Below the pieces are notes generated by a model. That model was not told the origin of the DNA and did no database searches. It saw only the letters and a program-made list of their open reading frames with translations. The position numbers and the translations under genes are program-made. Below are positions 29,592 through 40,720 of a stretch of DNA of 64,000 nucleotides, in pieces (within the stretch, counting starts at the first letter, position 1; every line of letters starts with the position of its first letter). The DNA is from an uncultured delta proteobacterium. Lineage in GTDB: Bacteria; Myxococcota; Myxococcia; Myxococcales; Myxococcaceae. The stretch is taken from NCBI GenBank assembly GCA_963713045.1, contig CAVQKE010000004.1:192001-256000 (forward strand), written 5' to 3'.

Positions 29592-32534
29592 CTATTCGAC
29601 GGCGATGCCGAAGGTGTTGAGGGCGCCCAGGCCGTCGTCAAAGCGCCAGGCGAACTGGTAGTAAAAAGACAGCGCCAGCGCGCCGCCAAAGGTGGTGCGC
29701 AGCAGCACTGCCGCCCCGGCCACCCGGTGGACAGTCCAGCCGACGTCGCGCGTCCAGGCGACGTTTGCAAACGCCTCGAGGTCCACCTGCCTCAGGAAGA
29801 GGGAGGGCAGCACCCACAGCACCGAGGCCCAGCCGCGGTCGATGATGAGAGGAAAGTCGTACAACGCGCCGGCAATGACGGCGCTGTCACAGCGCAGCGT
29901 GGTGTCTTCGTACCCCCGCAGCGGCTGGACGAAAGCAATGTTGGGGAACACGGCGAGGTTGGGGCCCGCTTGGGCATAGCTGGGGCCGGGGTGCCATTCG
30001 TAGAGGCCGTAGGGCACGCCGCCCACCTCCAAAAGCCGGGCCGGGGCGCCGGGCAGGGTGCGGCCGGTGAGGGACAGAAAGAGGTTGTCCCGGTCATACC
30101 AAGGCAGGGGCAGCCAGCCGCCCACGGTGGCCCCCAGGTCTCCAAAGTGCAGCGTCCCCAAGGGGAAGTAGGCCGCCTCGCCTGCCAGGAGAAGTCCAAG
30201 CCGCACGCCGCCGTAGGGCGTCGTCTGGGCGGCCTCCCAGACGGCGGATAGCACCGGGCCGCCGAGGGTGGCCTGCAGCGTGGCGGGCCCGGAAGCCTCG
30301 CTGCGGTGCAGGAGGAGGAAGCTGAGGGTGACGGGCGTCGTCCAAAACGTCTCCTGCGCAGCGAGGGTAAGGCTGTAGTCCACGACGCCGGGGGCGGCCG
30401 CACGGGCGGCCACCACCTCCAGCCAGAGGGGCGCCAGCTGGTAGTTGCCGTAGCCGATGCTGACGCTGGGCCCTGGGTTGTCTGCTTCGTAATAGAGGTT
30501 CAAAGCGTAGGAGTGCAGCCCAAGCCGGTCCACGCCCTGCACCGAAACCCCGACGACAGGGACGTACTGGGTGCCGCCGTTGGAGTTGGTGCGGCTGGTG
30601 AAGGCGATGAAGGGCGTCCGGAAGTTGGGCCAGAAGTCTTCGAAGGCTGGGGCCGGCGCGTCCTTGGCCACCAGCACCGTCCCTGGAGGGTTGAGGACCG
30701 GGGGCAGGGGCGGAAGCACCAACTCCTCTTCCTCCGTGGAGTTGGCCGGAAGAGGGGAGGGCCGCGGGGGCAGCGTCACTTCGTCCAGCGTCCAGCCGTA
30801 GCCGTCTCGATTGATGAGTGCGAGGCGCCCATTGGGCAGCGGGGAGGGGTCCAGCGCGCCGTAGGGGACGTCCGTCACCACGTCCACGGCTCCGCTGGGC
30901 ACGTCCAAGCGGGCCACCTGGGCCCGCCCCTCCACCTCCCGGAGCGCCACCAGCGTCGTCGCGTCGAGCCAGCGCGCGTCGTAGTTGAAGCGCCCGTCGG
31001 TGGTGAGGGCGCGGGTGGTGCCGTCCGGGAAGAGGAGCCACAAGTCAAAGCCCGCGTCGCTGCGGCGGCTGAACGCCACCCAGCGGCCATCCGGTGAAGG
31101 CCGAGGGCCGGACAGTGTGACGTTACCGGTGAAGTGGGTGAGCGCAGTCCGCACGCCACTGGACAAGTCGAGCCGGAAAATATTGGCCGTGTCCCCCTCA
31201 CTCTGCACGGAGAGGTAGCTTCGTCCGTCGGGCGTGAGGCCTCCCCCCATGCCTTGCAGCCCATCCCACGTCCGCAGCAAGTGCCCGGTGGCGCTGTCCA
31301 ACTCCAACAGCCGGGGGATGGAGGTGCCCTCCTCTGAGACATCCGCCAGCACCAGGTAGAGGCGGCTCCCGTCGGCGGAGAAGGTGAGGCCGCTGACGGC
31401 AAGCGGGCTGGTGGCGATGTAGGGGCGCACCGGAAGCAGCTGGGCCAAGGGGTACTGAAGCAGACGCTGGCCGTCGGGCCCGCGGATGCGCAACTGCGCC
31501 ACCGAATCCAGCCCTACCAGCACCACCGCCACTCGCCCGTCCGCAGCCGTTGTCGCTCGAGCGAAATAGCCCAGGGAAGCATCCAGCACCCGTTGGGTGT
31601 CCGGCCGCTGGCGTGGCTGTAGGGTGCGGGCAAGTTCCTTGGCGTATTCGCCGATGAGGGCGCCGATGCTGAGGCCGTAAATCTCCTTGAAGCGCAAGGT
31701 GACGCCCAACGGAGACAGCCAGCTGTGGCCCTGGAGGTTGACGAATTGCCACAGCTTTTCCTCGCCGTAGGTGTGCGCCAGCCACTTCACGAAGAATTCG
31801 CCGGTGAGGTAGTTGGCGCCCACCGGCAGGAATTCGCGGTTGGTGAGGATGAGGTCCCCGGGGGCAAGCTCGCCCCCGCGGACAGCGACGATGGACTCAA
31901 ACATTCCGTGCCACAGCGGGCTGTGGGGCCGTCCAACGCTTTTGTCCAGGCGCCCCTCATAGAAGGTGGCCAGCCCCTCGAGAAACCAGCTTTCCGGCAA
32001 AAAGTTGGCCGAATAGACGTCGCCGAAGACGAGGTCCACCACCGCCCAAAGCTCGTCGTTTTGTTGGAATTGGACGTAGTGCAACGCTTCATGGCAGGCG
32101 ATGTCGGGAATGCCGTTGGTGCCGAAGTCGAACAAGTCAAACAGCTCCAGCATCATGTGGCTGGCCAGCACCATTTGCGGAGGCAGCCCCAAGAAGGGCG
32201 GCTGGACGTAGGCGTTGTCGAAGTTGGCGGTGGTCAGGTACACCACCAACCGCGCACGCGGCTCCTTGGACAGCGTCAAGGTGCGCAGCTGGGCGACGCA
32301 ATGTTCTACGCGTTGGGCCACCCGAAGTGCCTCGCCACGGCGGGCAGCCGGGTAGTACAGCTCAATCGACGCCGTTTCGAGCTTGCGCATCGGCTGCTGG
32401 GCAAAGGAGGCCGTGACGGCTTGGGTAAAGCGGGGGTTGACACTCGCGCAGCCAGCGGCCAGGGCGGCGACGGCCAGACAGCACCATGCGGGGTGTGGGT
32501 AGGCTCGCCTCGGCCGTGACACGCCCGTCTGCAC
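29592..32534 (-). CDS. Large lipoprotein: gluzincin-like domain, TolB-like beta-propeller, C-terminal beta-barrel-like region
   Basis: LAAGC lipobox; HEALH...WFLEGLATFYE; PSPDGRWVAFS (PD40-like); amphipathic strands, PLRGY, terminal FGIAVE. Confidence 0.7.
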   Translation of the reverse strand: MQTGVSRPRRAYPHPAWCCLAVAALAAGCASVNPRFTQAVTASFAQQPMRKLETASIELYYPAARRGEALRVAQRVEHCVAQLRTLTLSKEPRARLVVYLTTANFDNAYVQPPFLGLPPQMVLASHMMLELFDLFDFGTNGIPDIACHEALHYVQFQQNDELWAVVDLVFGDVYSANFLPESWFLEGLATFYEGRLDKSVGRPHSPLWHGMFESIVAVRGGELAPGDLILTNREFLPVGANYLTGEFFVKWLAHTYGEEKLWQFVNLQGHSWLSPLGVTLRFKEIYGLSIGALIGEYAKELARTLQPRQRPDTQRVLDASLGYFARATTAADGRVAVVLVGLDSVAQLRIRGPDGQRLLQYPLAQLLPVRPYIATSPLAVSGLTFSADGSRLYLVLADVSEEGTSIPRLLELDSATGHLLRTWDGLQGMGGGLTPDGRSYLSVQSEGDTANIFRLDLSSGVRTALTHFTGNVTLSGPRPSPDGRWVAFSRRSDAGFDLWLLFPDGTTRALTTDGRFNYDARWLDATTLVALREVEGRAQVARLDVPSGAVDVVTDVPYGALDPSPLPNGRLALINRDGYGWTLDEVTLPPRPSPLPANSTEEEELVLPPLPPVLNPPGTVLVAKDAPAPAFEDFWPNFRTPFIAFTSRTNSNGGTQYVPVVGVSVQGVDRLGLHSYALNLYYEADNPGPSVSIGYGNYQLAPLWLEVVAARAAAPGVVDYSLTLAAQETFWTTPVTLSFLLLHRSEASGPATLQATLGGPVLSAVWEAAQTTPYGGVRLGLLLAGEAAYFPLGTLHFGDLGATVGGWLPLPWYDRDNLFLSLTGRTLPGAPARLLEVGGVPYGLYEWHPGPSYAQAGPNLAVFPNIAFVQPLRGYEDTTLRCDSAVIAGALYDFPLIIDRGWASVLWVLPSLFLRQVDLEAFANVAWTRDVGWTVHRVAGAAVLLRTTFGGALALSFYYQFAWRFDDGLGALNTFGIAVE

Positions 32535-32566
32535 GCGGCCCCCGTTCTACGCTATTGAGCCGACTC

Positions 32567-33866
32567 ATGGCCCGCCCTCCCTCGCACCTCGACGCAGCTC
32601 TCGCCCAGCTGACCACCTCGCTTGCCGAGGCGGAGGGGAAGCCGCTGGACCCGCTGACGGCGCCCTGGCCGGACGTGGAGAAGGGCGTCATCAAACTGCT
32701 GCGGGGCCCGTACCTTCCGGACCGTCCGGAGCACCAGCTGGTGGCGCTGGGCTTGGCTGCGGCTTTCGGGCAGCGCCTGGCCGAGTCGGACAAGGCCTTC
32801 TGGTTTCCGATGCGGGAGTCGCCGGAGGGAGCCATGGTGGGGTTTCCCGAGGCGCTGTTGATGCTGTCGCCCTTCACCACCGTCACCGATGCGCTTCGTC
32901 GAGCGCAGTTGGCGCGGCTGGACGACGTGACGAAGGACGTCCGCCGTGCGCTGGCCGAGGCCCGCTTCGCCCCGACGGCAACCGCACCGGTGCGGCTGTC
33001 CCCGGCGGATTACGCCCGGCTGTTTGACCCGTCCTTTCTGCAGTTTCTCGCCTTGGACAAACGCCGGCTGGACGAGTTGTGGGCCGCTCGCCCCGACCGT
33101 CTGGCGAGGGACCTCCGCGATGCGCTTGGTCGGGCCGGGACGCGCATTTCCGCGGAGTCGCGGACCCAGCTGGAACAACAGCTGGTGGGCGCCCTTGGCC
33201 GTCTGGACCCGGCCAAGACGCTGGGCGAGCAGCTGGCGCAGGCGCCCCGCTTGGGGGAGCTGTTGGTGGACCTCTTCGCCGCGACGCACCGAACGGGCTC
33301 GGCGCCGGATGAGTTTTGGGAGGATGCCGTCTTCCCGCTTCTCTTCATCGGCGTCCCAGACAGCTTCCCGCCGCTGGATGCCGAGGAGGTGCGCGCGGCG
33401 CAGCAGGGCGCCGACCCGCTGCTTCTCTTCCTCGACACGCTGCCCTACCGGCCGCCCGCCCCGCCGGAGAATGGCGTACTTGGGTGTCTTCGACGTGCAG
33501 CAGGTGGGCCTGGTGCACCCCGGCCTTGGGCGCACCGGCCTGCCTCGGCTCCTCACGGTGCCAAGCGGGCCGCTGCAGCGGCCGCTTCAGGCCTTCGACG
33601 CGCGCGCCCTGGATGAGGCGCTGAAGCGCTTCACCGCCTACTTGTCCGAGAAGGCCGGAAAGCCAGTCCAGGCCTCCGCGCCGGGCAAGCAAATGGAGGA
33701 GGCGGCAGTGGCGCTCCTCGGCGAATTGAAGACGCTGCTGGCGGCCGCCGGAAGCGACTCCACGCTTGCCATGCGCCGGTTGACGGAAGCCGAGGCCCTG
33801 TCCGATGGGGCCCTCGCTGCGGTGCGCCAGTCGCTGCAAGGGCCAAGAATTATTCTCGCGCCCTAG
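32567..33866 (+). CDS. Conserved hypothetical protein (frameshift near 33485)
   Basis: ORF 32486-33616 N-part joins ORF 32946-33866 C-part (LGVFDVQQV...QGPRIILAP). Confidence 0.65.
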
Positions 33867-34735
33867 CGTCGCTTGGGGCCGCGGCGACGCTTCTGCGTCG
33901 GGACCGGGCCCAGCAGCACGCGAAGCCGCAAGGCCGAAGGCCGCGGAAGGCGGTGGCCCAGTCGCTCCAAGGCGCGGCTGAAAAGCTGCCGGTACAGCCC
34001 AAGCACGTCCTCCGGAAGGGCGGCCAGGTGGGCCTCCACCACCTGGGCGTCCCCGCGCACCAGGGGGCCCGTCATCCCCCGCACCAGCCCTCGCAACTCA
34101 GCGCCCCCCAGGGCGGAGCGCATGAGGGGCAACAGCGCCCTTTCTGCCGAGCGCCTGTCAATGCCACCGGCTTCCCAGGTGGACACTGCGGCGTCGAGGA
34201 GGGCCACCAAGCCCCCGGCAGCCAGTGCGGCCCCGGCATGGTAGGCAGCGCGGCCTGTCTCCGGCACGCGCAAGGGGTGAAGGCCCAGGGCGTGGGCCAC
34301 GGCCAACAGCTGCGGCAACAGGGAGCGCGAGCGTGTGGCGACGGCCACCGCGTGGCCGGACAAGGGCGTGTCGGCGCCGGAGACGGCCACCAGGGGGTGG
34401 AAAGAACCGGTGGGGCGGCCGGCCGGTGTCAGGACGTCCAGCGTCAAGGCGCCGGCGCAGTGCACCAGGGCGGCCCCGGGCGAGAGGCCGGGAGCCACCG
34501 AAGCGGCCACGCTGGCGACAGCGGCGTCTGGGACGGTGAGGAAGCACAGCTGGGCGGCGCGCGTCTCGGCCTCGCTGGCCTCGCGGAGATGCAAGGCCTT
34601 GGCTTGACGCCGTCCGGAGGGAGAGCGCGTCCGGACGCGCACCTGCCAGCCGGCGCGCTGCAGCTGCGTGGCGAGGGCGCCGCCGAGGCGGCCGAGGCCA
34701 ACCACCAGGAGGCGCGGACGGGCGGGAGCAGCCAT
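33863..34735 (-). CDS. Rossmann-like / DUF2520 oxidoreductase
   Basis: VGLGRLG, LTVPD, VHCAG, SFHPL, YHA, MTGPLVRGD. Confidence 0.85.
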   Translation of the reverse strand: MAAPARPRLLVVGLGRLGGALATQLQRAGWQVRVRTRSPSGRRQAKALHLREASEAETRAAQLCFLTVPDAAVASVAASVAPGLSPGAALVHCAGALTLDVLTPAGRPTGSFHPLVAVSGADTPLSGHAVAVATRSRSLLPQLLAVAHALGLHPLRVPETGRAAYHAGAALAAGGLVALLDAAVSTWEAGGIDRRSAERALLPLMRSALGGAELRGLVRGMTGPLVRGDAQVVEAHLAALPEDVLGLYRQLFSRALERLGHRLPRPSALRLRVLLGPVPTQKRRRGPKRR

Positions 34736-34807
34736 GACCTACCTCAGGGGCTTCTAGCAGAGGTTGCTGCAGCGCCGCGGTCCGGGGGGGGAAGTGCTTT
34801 TCGGCGG

Positions 34808-37210
34808 TCAGCGTCCGACGTCGCGTCGGAAGGTGAGGGCGCCGTCCTTGGCGGACACCCGGATGCGGTCGCCCGGGCCGAAGTCGCCCTGCAGAATGGC
34901 CTCGGCCAAGGGGCCTTCCACCAGCCGTTCCACCGCCCGCCGCACCGGGCGGGCCCCCAACGTTGGGTCCAGGCCCGAGGCGAGAAGCACCTCCACCGCC
35001 CGCCCGTCGGCGGCAAAGGCAATGCCCCGTTCGCTGGCCAGCCTCCGGCTGCTCTCGTCCAAAAGCCGGTGGGCGATGCGGCCCAGCTCCGCCGGCTGCA
35101 AGGGGCGAAAGGCCAGGCGGTCGTCGAGGCGGTTCCACAGCTCCGGCGGGAGCGCCTTGCGCGCCGCCGCCACCGCGCCCTCGGCGTCTGAAGCGTCCGA
35201 GGGGGCGCCCCCGAAGCCGACGCGGGGACGGACGCTGCCAAAGGCCTGCGCCCCGAGGTTGGACGTCAGCACCACCACCGTGTTGGAGAAGTCCACCGAC
35301 CGACCGCGCCCGTCGGTAAGACGGCCCTCCTCCAAGACTTGTAGCAGCACCATCAACACGTCGGCGTGCGCCTTGTCCACCTCATCCAGCAGCACCACGG
35401 AACTGGGCCGACGGCGCACGGCTTCGGTGAGCTGGCCTCCGTCCTGGTAGCCGACGTAGCCGGCCGGCGCGCCCACCAGTCTGGCGGTGGCATGGGCCTC
35501 GGACATCTCACTCATGTCCAGCCGCACCAGCGCCTCGCGGCTGCCGAAAAGCACCTCGGCCAGCGCCCGTGCCATCTCCGTCTTCCCCACGCCGGTGGGG
35601 CCGAGGAAGAGGAAACTGCCCATCGGCCGACGGCTGGCGAAGCCGGCATAGTTGCGGCGGATGACTTTCGCGACGCGGTCCACCACCTCGGCGTGTCCCA
35701 CCACCCGGGCGCCGAGCTCCTCTTCGAGGCGCAGCAGGCGCGCCGAGTCCCCCACCAGCAACCGTTCGACGGGAAGGCCGGCAATTGCCGCCACCACCTG
35801 GGCGACGTCCGAGGCTTCCACCGTCCGCCGGCCGGCGCGGGCGCAGCGGGAGCCGGCCAAGTCGGCGACCGAAACGGCCTTGTCCGGCAGGAAGCGGTCG
35901 GTCACGTAGCGCGCAGCCAAGGAGGCGGCAGCCTCCACCGAGGCCCGGGTGTAGCTGACGCCATGGTGCTCTTCATAGCGGGGCAGAAGTCCGCTGAGGA
36001 TGTCCACCGTTTCGGCCACCGCCGGCTCGCGCACCACCACCGCGGTGAAGCGCCGCTCCAGGGCAGCGTCGTTGGAGAAGAAGCGGCGAAATTCGTCATG
36101 GGTGGTGGCCCCGATGCAGGGGAATTCGCCCCGTGCCAGGGCGGCCTTGAGGTCGTTCGCGGCGTCCTGGGCGCCCTCGCCGGTGGAGCCGGCGCCCACC
36201 AGGGTGTGGATTTCATCGATGAAGAGGACAACCCGTCCGGCGGCCCGTCGCATTTCTTCCTTCAGTCCGTTGAGGCGCTCGGAAAGGGAGCCCCGCAGGG
36301 AGGTGCCCGCCACCAGGTTGGCCGTCGACAGCTCCACCAGCAGTGTCTGGCCGAGACGGCCGGTGGCGCCCACCAGGCGTTGGGCGACGCCTTCCACCAC
36401 CGCCGTCTTCCCCACGCCTGGGTCTCCCACCAAGCAGGGATTGTTGGCCCGGCGCTTTCCAAGGACGTCGAGGACTTCGTCGATTTCCCGGCCGCGTCCC
36501 ACCACCGGGTCCAGCCGACCGGCGCGTGCCGCGGCGGTGAGGTTTCTGCCGAGCTGGGTGAGCAGGGGAAAGGCCTGTCGGTCGAGGCCGAAGCCATCCT
36601 CGGCGGAGGTGGGCACCACCCGAAGCACGGGAACTTCGGCGGTGCGCGAAAGGGGGGCCACGCTGGGTGGGGCTTCCTCCGGCTCAGCGTCCACCAGCGC
36701 GCGGGGGGAGAGTGGCGCCGGAGCAGGGTGGGCCAAAGCCACCGCCGTCGCCGGACGGGCGGCCGACAGCGGGGGGCTGGCTGCCACCGGGACGCGCTGC
36801 AGCAGCTTGCGCGGCATGCGGCCGCTCAAAAAGTAGGAGAGGGCGGTGTTGCGCAGCTGCATCAAGTCCAACCGCGCCGCGCCGAGCAGCGTCTGGGCCG
36901 CACACCGGACGCGGGTGACGGCAATCAGGAGGTGGAGGCAGTCAACTTCGGCCGAGCCGCAGTGCCGGGCAATGTCCTGGGCCCGCGCGCGGACTTCAGT
37001 CAGCGTCCCATCCGCCTCGCTGGGGGTGCCATTTAGCTTGGCGAGAAGTTCATCCTCGTCCACCCCGCGCTCCCGGAGGAGTCGCGCTCCGGGGTTGTCG
37101 ACGGTGAAAAGGGCCAGGACCACGTGGGCCGACGTCAGTTTTTGACTGACGGCCTGGGCGATGTCTTCCGCCTCGGCGAGCACCTGTCCCAAGTCGCTGC
37201 TGTCGACCAT
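34808..37210 (-). CDS. ATP-dependent Clp protease ATPase subunit (ClpA/ClpC type)
   Basis: Clp N-domain, GDPGVGKT, LFIDEIH, DRFLPDKA, GPTGVGKT, DMSE, TSNLG, VGF ClpP-docking-like loop. Confidence 0.92.
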   Translation of the reverse strand: MVDSSDLGQVLAEAEDIAQAVSQKLTSAHVVLALFTVDNPGARLLRERGVDEDELLAKLNGTPSEADGTLTEVRARAQDIARHCGSAEVDCLHLLIAVTRVRCAAQTLLGAARLDLMQLRNTALSYFLSGRMPRKLLQRVPVAASPPLSAARPATAVALAHPAPAPLSPRALVDAEPEEAPPSVAPLSRTAEVPVLRVVPTSAEDGFGLDRQAFPLLTQLGRNLTAAARAGRLDPVVGRGREIDEVLDVLGKRRANNPCLVGDPGVGKTAVVEGVAQRLVGATGRLGQTLLVELSTANLVAGTSLRGSLSERLNGLKEEMRRAAGRVVLFIDEIHTLVGAGSTGEGAQDAANDLKAALARGEFPCIGATTHDEFRRFFSNDAALERRFTAVVVREPAVAETVDILSGLLPRYEEHHGVSYTRASVEAAASLAARYVTDRFLPDKAVSVADLAGSRCARAGRRTVEASDVAQVVAAIAGLPVERLLVGDSARLLRLEEELGARVVGHAEVVDRVAKVIRRNYAGFASRRPMGSFLFLGPTGVGKTEMARALAEVLFGSREALVRLDMSEMSEAHATARLVGAPAGYVGYQDGGQLTEAVRRRPSSVVLLDEVDKAHADVLMVLLQVLEEGRLTDGRGRSVDFSNTVVVLTSNLGAQAFGSVRPRVGFGGAPSDASDAEGAVAAARKALPPELWNRLDDRLAFRPLQPAELGRIAHRLLDESSRRLASERGIAFAADGRAVEVLLASGLDPTLGARPVRRAVERLVEGPLAEAILQGDFGPGDRIRVSAKDGALTFRRDVGR

Positions 37211-37421
37211 CCCTGGACGGTCCTCCCCGCGCCTGGCGCGCGACGTGTGGGCGCCCGGGGCCGGTCGCAGCCCATGGGCCTCTTTTGTCGTTTACCCTGG
37301 GGGTGCTCCCTCCGCAAAAATTCTGCTACAGAGCGCAACACCGCAATTTTCGGCCCTTCGGGCGGGCTTGCTCCCACGGCTGGCAATCACTCTCAACTCT
37401 GCTCGTAATTCGCGGCGCGCG

Positions 37422-38126
37422 ATGGCACTGCTGCTGACCAAGGTACTGACGGACCCTGCAGAGGGCGTCCCAGCGGCCATCGAGGCCAGGCGGGCACTGT
37501 GGCCGGTGGTGCTGTTGTCGGTCGCCACCGCCTTCGCCGGTGCGTGTTTTGCGGTGCGTTGGAACGCCGCGCCCTCCATCCTCCAGGGGCTGGAGTCCAG
37601 CGGGCAGCTGAAGGGCATGCCGGAGGCGGACATCGCCGAGCAAATCCAGCAGGCCGAGCGGCTCAAGTTGGTGACGGGCATCGCTGGCGGGTTGGTTCTC
37701 CCGGCGCTGATGGTGCTCGGCATTGCCCTGGTGCTGGCGTTGCTCGCCTGGCTGCTGGGGAGGAAGGGCCCCTTCAACGGCTTCTTCACGGCAGCGGCGG
37801 TGGGGATGTTACCCGTTGCTTTGGCCAAGTTTCTTTACGGGCTGATGGCATTGGTGCAGTCGTCTGTCAGCGAGGACCGAGCGGGAAGCCTGCTTCCTTC
37901 CTCTCTGGCCTCCGTCTTCCATCCGCAGTCCCCCAAGCTCATGCGCCTTCTTTCCTCACTCGACCTCTTTCACCTCTGGGCCGCGCTGCTGGTGGGCATC
38001 GGCTTTGCTGCGGTGGTTGGCATGAAGCGGCGACAGGGCCTCTTAGTAGGGGCCGCGTTGTTCCTCGCCCAGCTGGGCGTCTTCGGCATTGGGCTGCCGG
38101 GCCTCACCGCGGGAGGTGGCAAGTGA
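37422..38126 (+). CDS. YIP1-family membrane protein
   Basis: Several TM helices, LSSLDLFHLW; first gene of the exporter operon. Confidence 0.7.
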   Translation: MALLLTKVLTDPAEGVPAAIEARRALWPVVLLSVATAFAGACFAVRWNAAPSILQGLESSGQLKGMPEADIAEQIQQAERLKLVTGIAGGLVLPALMVLGIALVLALLAWLLGRKGPFNGFFTAAAVGMLPVALAKFLYGLMALVQSSVSEDRAGSLLPSSLASVFHPQSPKLMRLLSSLDLFHLWAALLVGIGFAAVVGMKRRQGLLVGAALFLAQLGVFGIGLPGLTAGGGK

Positions 38127-39440
38127 CGGGCTTGCTACTGTCCTTTGTTTTGGCCGCCACCCCCATCACGCTCGAGCAAGTCCGGAAGGAGGCACGCAAC
38201 AACCTGGCTGCCCTCCAGGCCGAGCTGACCTGGCTCGAGCAGTATGAGACGGTTGCCCAGCAGCGCGGCAACCTGTTGCCGCAGATTGCCCTCCAGGCTG
38301 GCGCCACGCGCTACTGGTACGGGCCGACGCCGGCGCGGACGGTGCCTTCGGGGACGGGCGCGCCCATCCCCATTCCAGCAACGCCGGGGCAATGGTCCAA
38401 CCTGTTTTCTCTGGGTGCCAACCTGCAGCAGGTCATCATCAACGCCACCCAGTGGTACCAGTTGATTCAGGCGGGACAGCTGGAGCGTGCAAACAAGGGG
38501 CTGGCCGAGGACCAAGAAGACGCCTCGGAGCTGGAGGCCATCCGCCGCTTCTACGTCCTTCTCACCGCCCAGCGAAACCAGAGCGTCCTGGAGGAGACGG
38601 CCCGAAAGAGTAAGGAGTTGTGGGACCGAGCCGAGGCGCTGTACCAGGCCGGCAAAGGCATCAAGGGGGACGCCCTGGCAGCCGAAGTCAACTATGGCAC
38701 CGACCGCAACAACGCCATCCAACAGCACATCGCGGTGGTGCAAGCGCAAGCCGATTTGGCCTCCTGGCTGGGACATCAGGAAACCGACGACTTGGTGGCG
38801 GTCGAACCGCAAGGAATTCGGCGAGAAGCCTCCGGTACCACCGGGCCTGGACCAGGCCTTGGAAGTCGCCAAAACCTCACGGGCGATTCTGCGGGCGGAC
38901 CAGGCGCAAATCGACGCCGCGCAAAGCAACGTCACCATCCAGCAGTCCGCTCTCTTCCCCCGCCTGACGGGCAGCATCAACTGGTCGCGCACCGCCAACG
39001 ACTTTGGCACCGTCTTCAGCGACTTTAGCCAGTACAACACCTTCAGCGGCCAGCTGGTCCTCACCTGGAACGTCTTCGACGGAATGACAACCTTCGCCAA
39101 CTCCCGTCTGGCCGAAGCGCAGCGGCGGGGCTTCGAAGTCGCCTTGCACCAGGCCGAGCTGGACGTGGCTGGGCAAGTCCGCACGGCGCTCGACCAGCTT
39201 TCCAATCAGGAGCAGGCCTTGGTGGTGTTGGTGGACAACCGTGAAACGGCGCAGAAAAACCTCGACTACTTTCAAGAGCGCTTCAACGCCGGCGCGAGCA
39301 ACACCCTGGACGTGCGTGACGCGCAGGTGAAGCTGCTCTCCGCCGACCTGAGTTTGATTCAGACGCGGGCCAACTTGGAGAACGCCAAGGCCAACCTGGC
39401 GCGGGCGATGGGAACTCTCAGCACTGGAGCGAAGCCATGA
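38123..39440 (+). CDS. TolC-family outer membrane efflux protein (frameshift near 38815)
   Basis: LLPQIALQ...ANLQQ; FPRLTG...LTWNVFDG; ERFNAG.SNTLDVRDAQ. Confidence 0.85.
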
Positions 39441-40717
39441 GGTGGTGGAAAGGGTTGATTTTGGGCCTGTTGGCGGTGGTCGTGGTGGGCATCACCATCG
39501 CCGGGCTGAGGGACCGTCCGCCCCCTTCGGTCGAGGTGCAGACGGCCAAGGCCCACAAGTCCACCATCTCGCGGGTGGTGGTGGGGGCAGGAAAAATCGA
39601 GTCGGTGACGACGGTCAAAATCTCCTCCAACCTTTCCGGGGACCTGCTTCAGCGCTTCGTCAAGGACGGCGACCCGGTCAAGAAGGGCCAGGTGCTGGCC
39701 AAAATCGACGCCGCGCCCTTCCTGGCACAGGCCAAGCAGGCGCTGGCCTCGGCCAACGCTGCCAAGAGCGACATCGTCAGCGCCCAGGTGGACGTCGACC
39801 GCTACACCAACGAGTTGAAGCGGACCGAGACGCTGGCGAAAAAAGGCATGTCGTCCACGGCCGAGCTGGACTTGGCGAAATCCAACTACGAGGGCGCGGT
39901 GGCGCGCCTCAGTTCCGCTCGCGAGAGGTACGCCAGCAGCGTGGCGATGTATGAACAGAACCAAACCAACGTGGCCCGGACCGAGCTCCGCTCTCCCATC
40001 GACGGCAACGTCATTGAACTTTCCCGTGAGGTGGGAGAACGCGTCCGCGGCTCGGACTTCAGCGAGGACACGGTGATGACAGTGGCCGCCCTCAACAACA
40101 TGGAAGTGAAGATTGAGGTCGGCGAGCATGAGGTGGTGTTCCTCAAGCCCGGCCAGCGCGCGGAGCTCAGCGTCGATGCGCTGGAAGGGCAAACCTTCGA
40201 AGGCGCGGTGGTGGAAATTGCCCAGAAGGCGCTCATCAAAAACCCGGGCACCGAGTCCGAAGTCACCACCTTCCCGGTGAAGGTGCTGCTCGACAACCGT
40301 CCAGCGGGCGTGCTTTCGGGAATGTCGGCGGAAGTCCGCATCACCGCGGAAACCCGAAACGACGCGGTCATCGTCCCCATCCAGGCGGTCACCGTCCGTC
40401 CCGAGAAGCAGCTTCCTGACGCCAAGACCGCCGTCGAGGCGAATACCACCCTCGCCGCTCCCAAGCGCAGCCGCGAGACATTGGCCAAAGTGGTCTTCGT
40501 GGTGGATTCAGACAACAAGGCGCACATCCGACGGGTCCGCACTGGGATTGCCTCGGACACCGACTTGGAAATTCTCGAGGGTCTGCAGGACGGCGAGCGA
40601 GTCGTCGAGGGGCCGTTCCGGACGGTTTCCAAGGAGTTGAAGGACGGCGACCACCTGAAAGAGATGCAGCCCGGCACCCCCGGCGCGGCCGGTGCGCGTC
40701 CGCCGGCACAGGGCTAG
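39437..40717 (+). CDS. Efflux periplasmic adaptor (MacA-like)
   Basis: VKDGDPVKKGQVLAKID, LRSPIDG, EILEGLQDGERVV. Confidence 0.9.
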   Translation: MRWWKGLILGLLAVVVVGITIAGLRDRPPPSVEVQTAKAHKSTISRVVVGAGKIESVTTVKISSNLSGDLLQRFVKDGDPVKKGQVLAKIDAAPFLAQAKQALASANAAKSDIVSAQVDVDRYTNELKRTETLAKKGMSSTAELDLAKSNYEGAVARLSSARERYASSVAMYEQNQTNVARTELRSPIDGNVIELSREVGERVRGSDFSEDTVMTVAALNNMEVKIEVGEHEVVFLKPGQRAELSVDALEGQTFEGAVVEIAQKALIKNPGTESEVTTFPVKVLLDNRPAGVLSGMSAEVRITAETRNDAVIVPIQAVTVRPEKQLPDAKTAVEANTTLAAPKRSRETLAKVVFVVDSDNKAHIRRVRTGIASDTDLEILEGLQDGERVVEGPFRTVSKELKDGDHLKEMQPGTPGAAGARPPAQG

Positions 40718-40720
40718 GGC

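Noticed and set aside
35366..37036. 556 aa + strand ORF, and similar long ORFs at 4491-6068, 40999-42678, 42693-44072 and 56898-58472
   Set aside because: Each lies antisense to a well-supported gene and has no recognisable domains.
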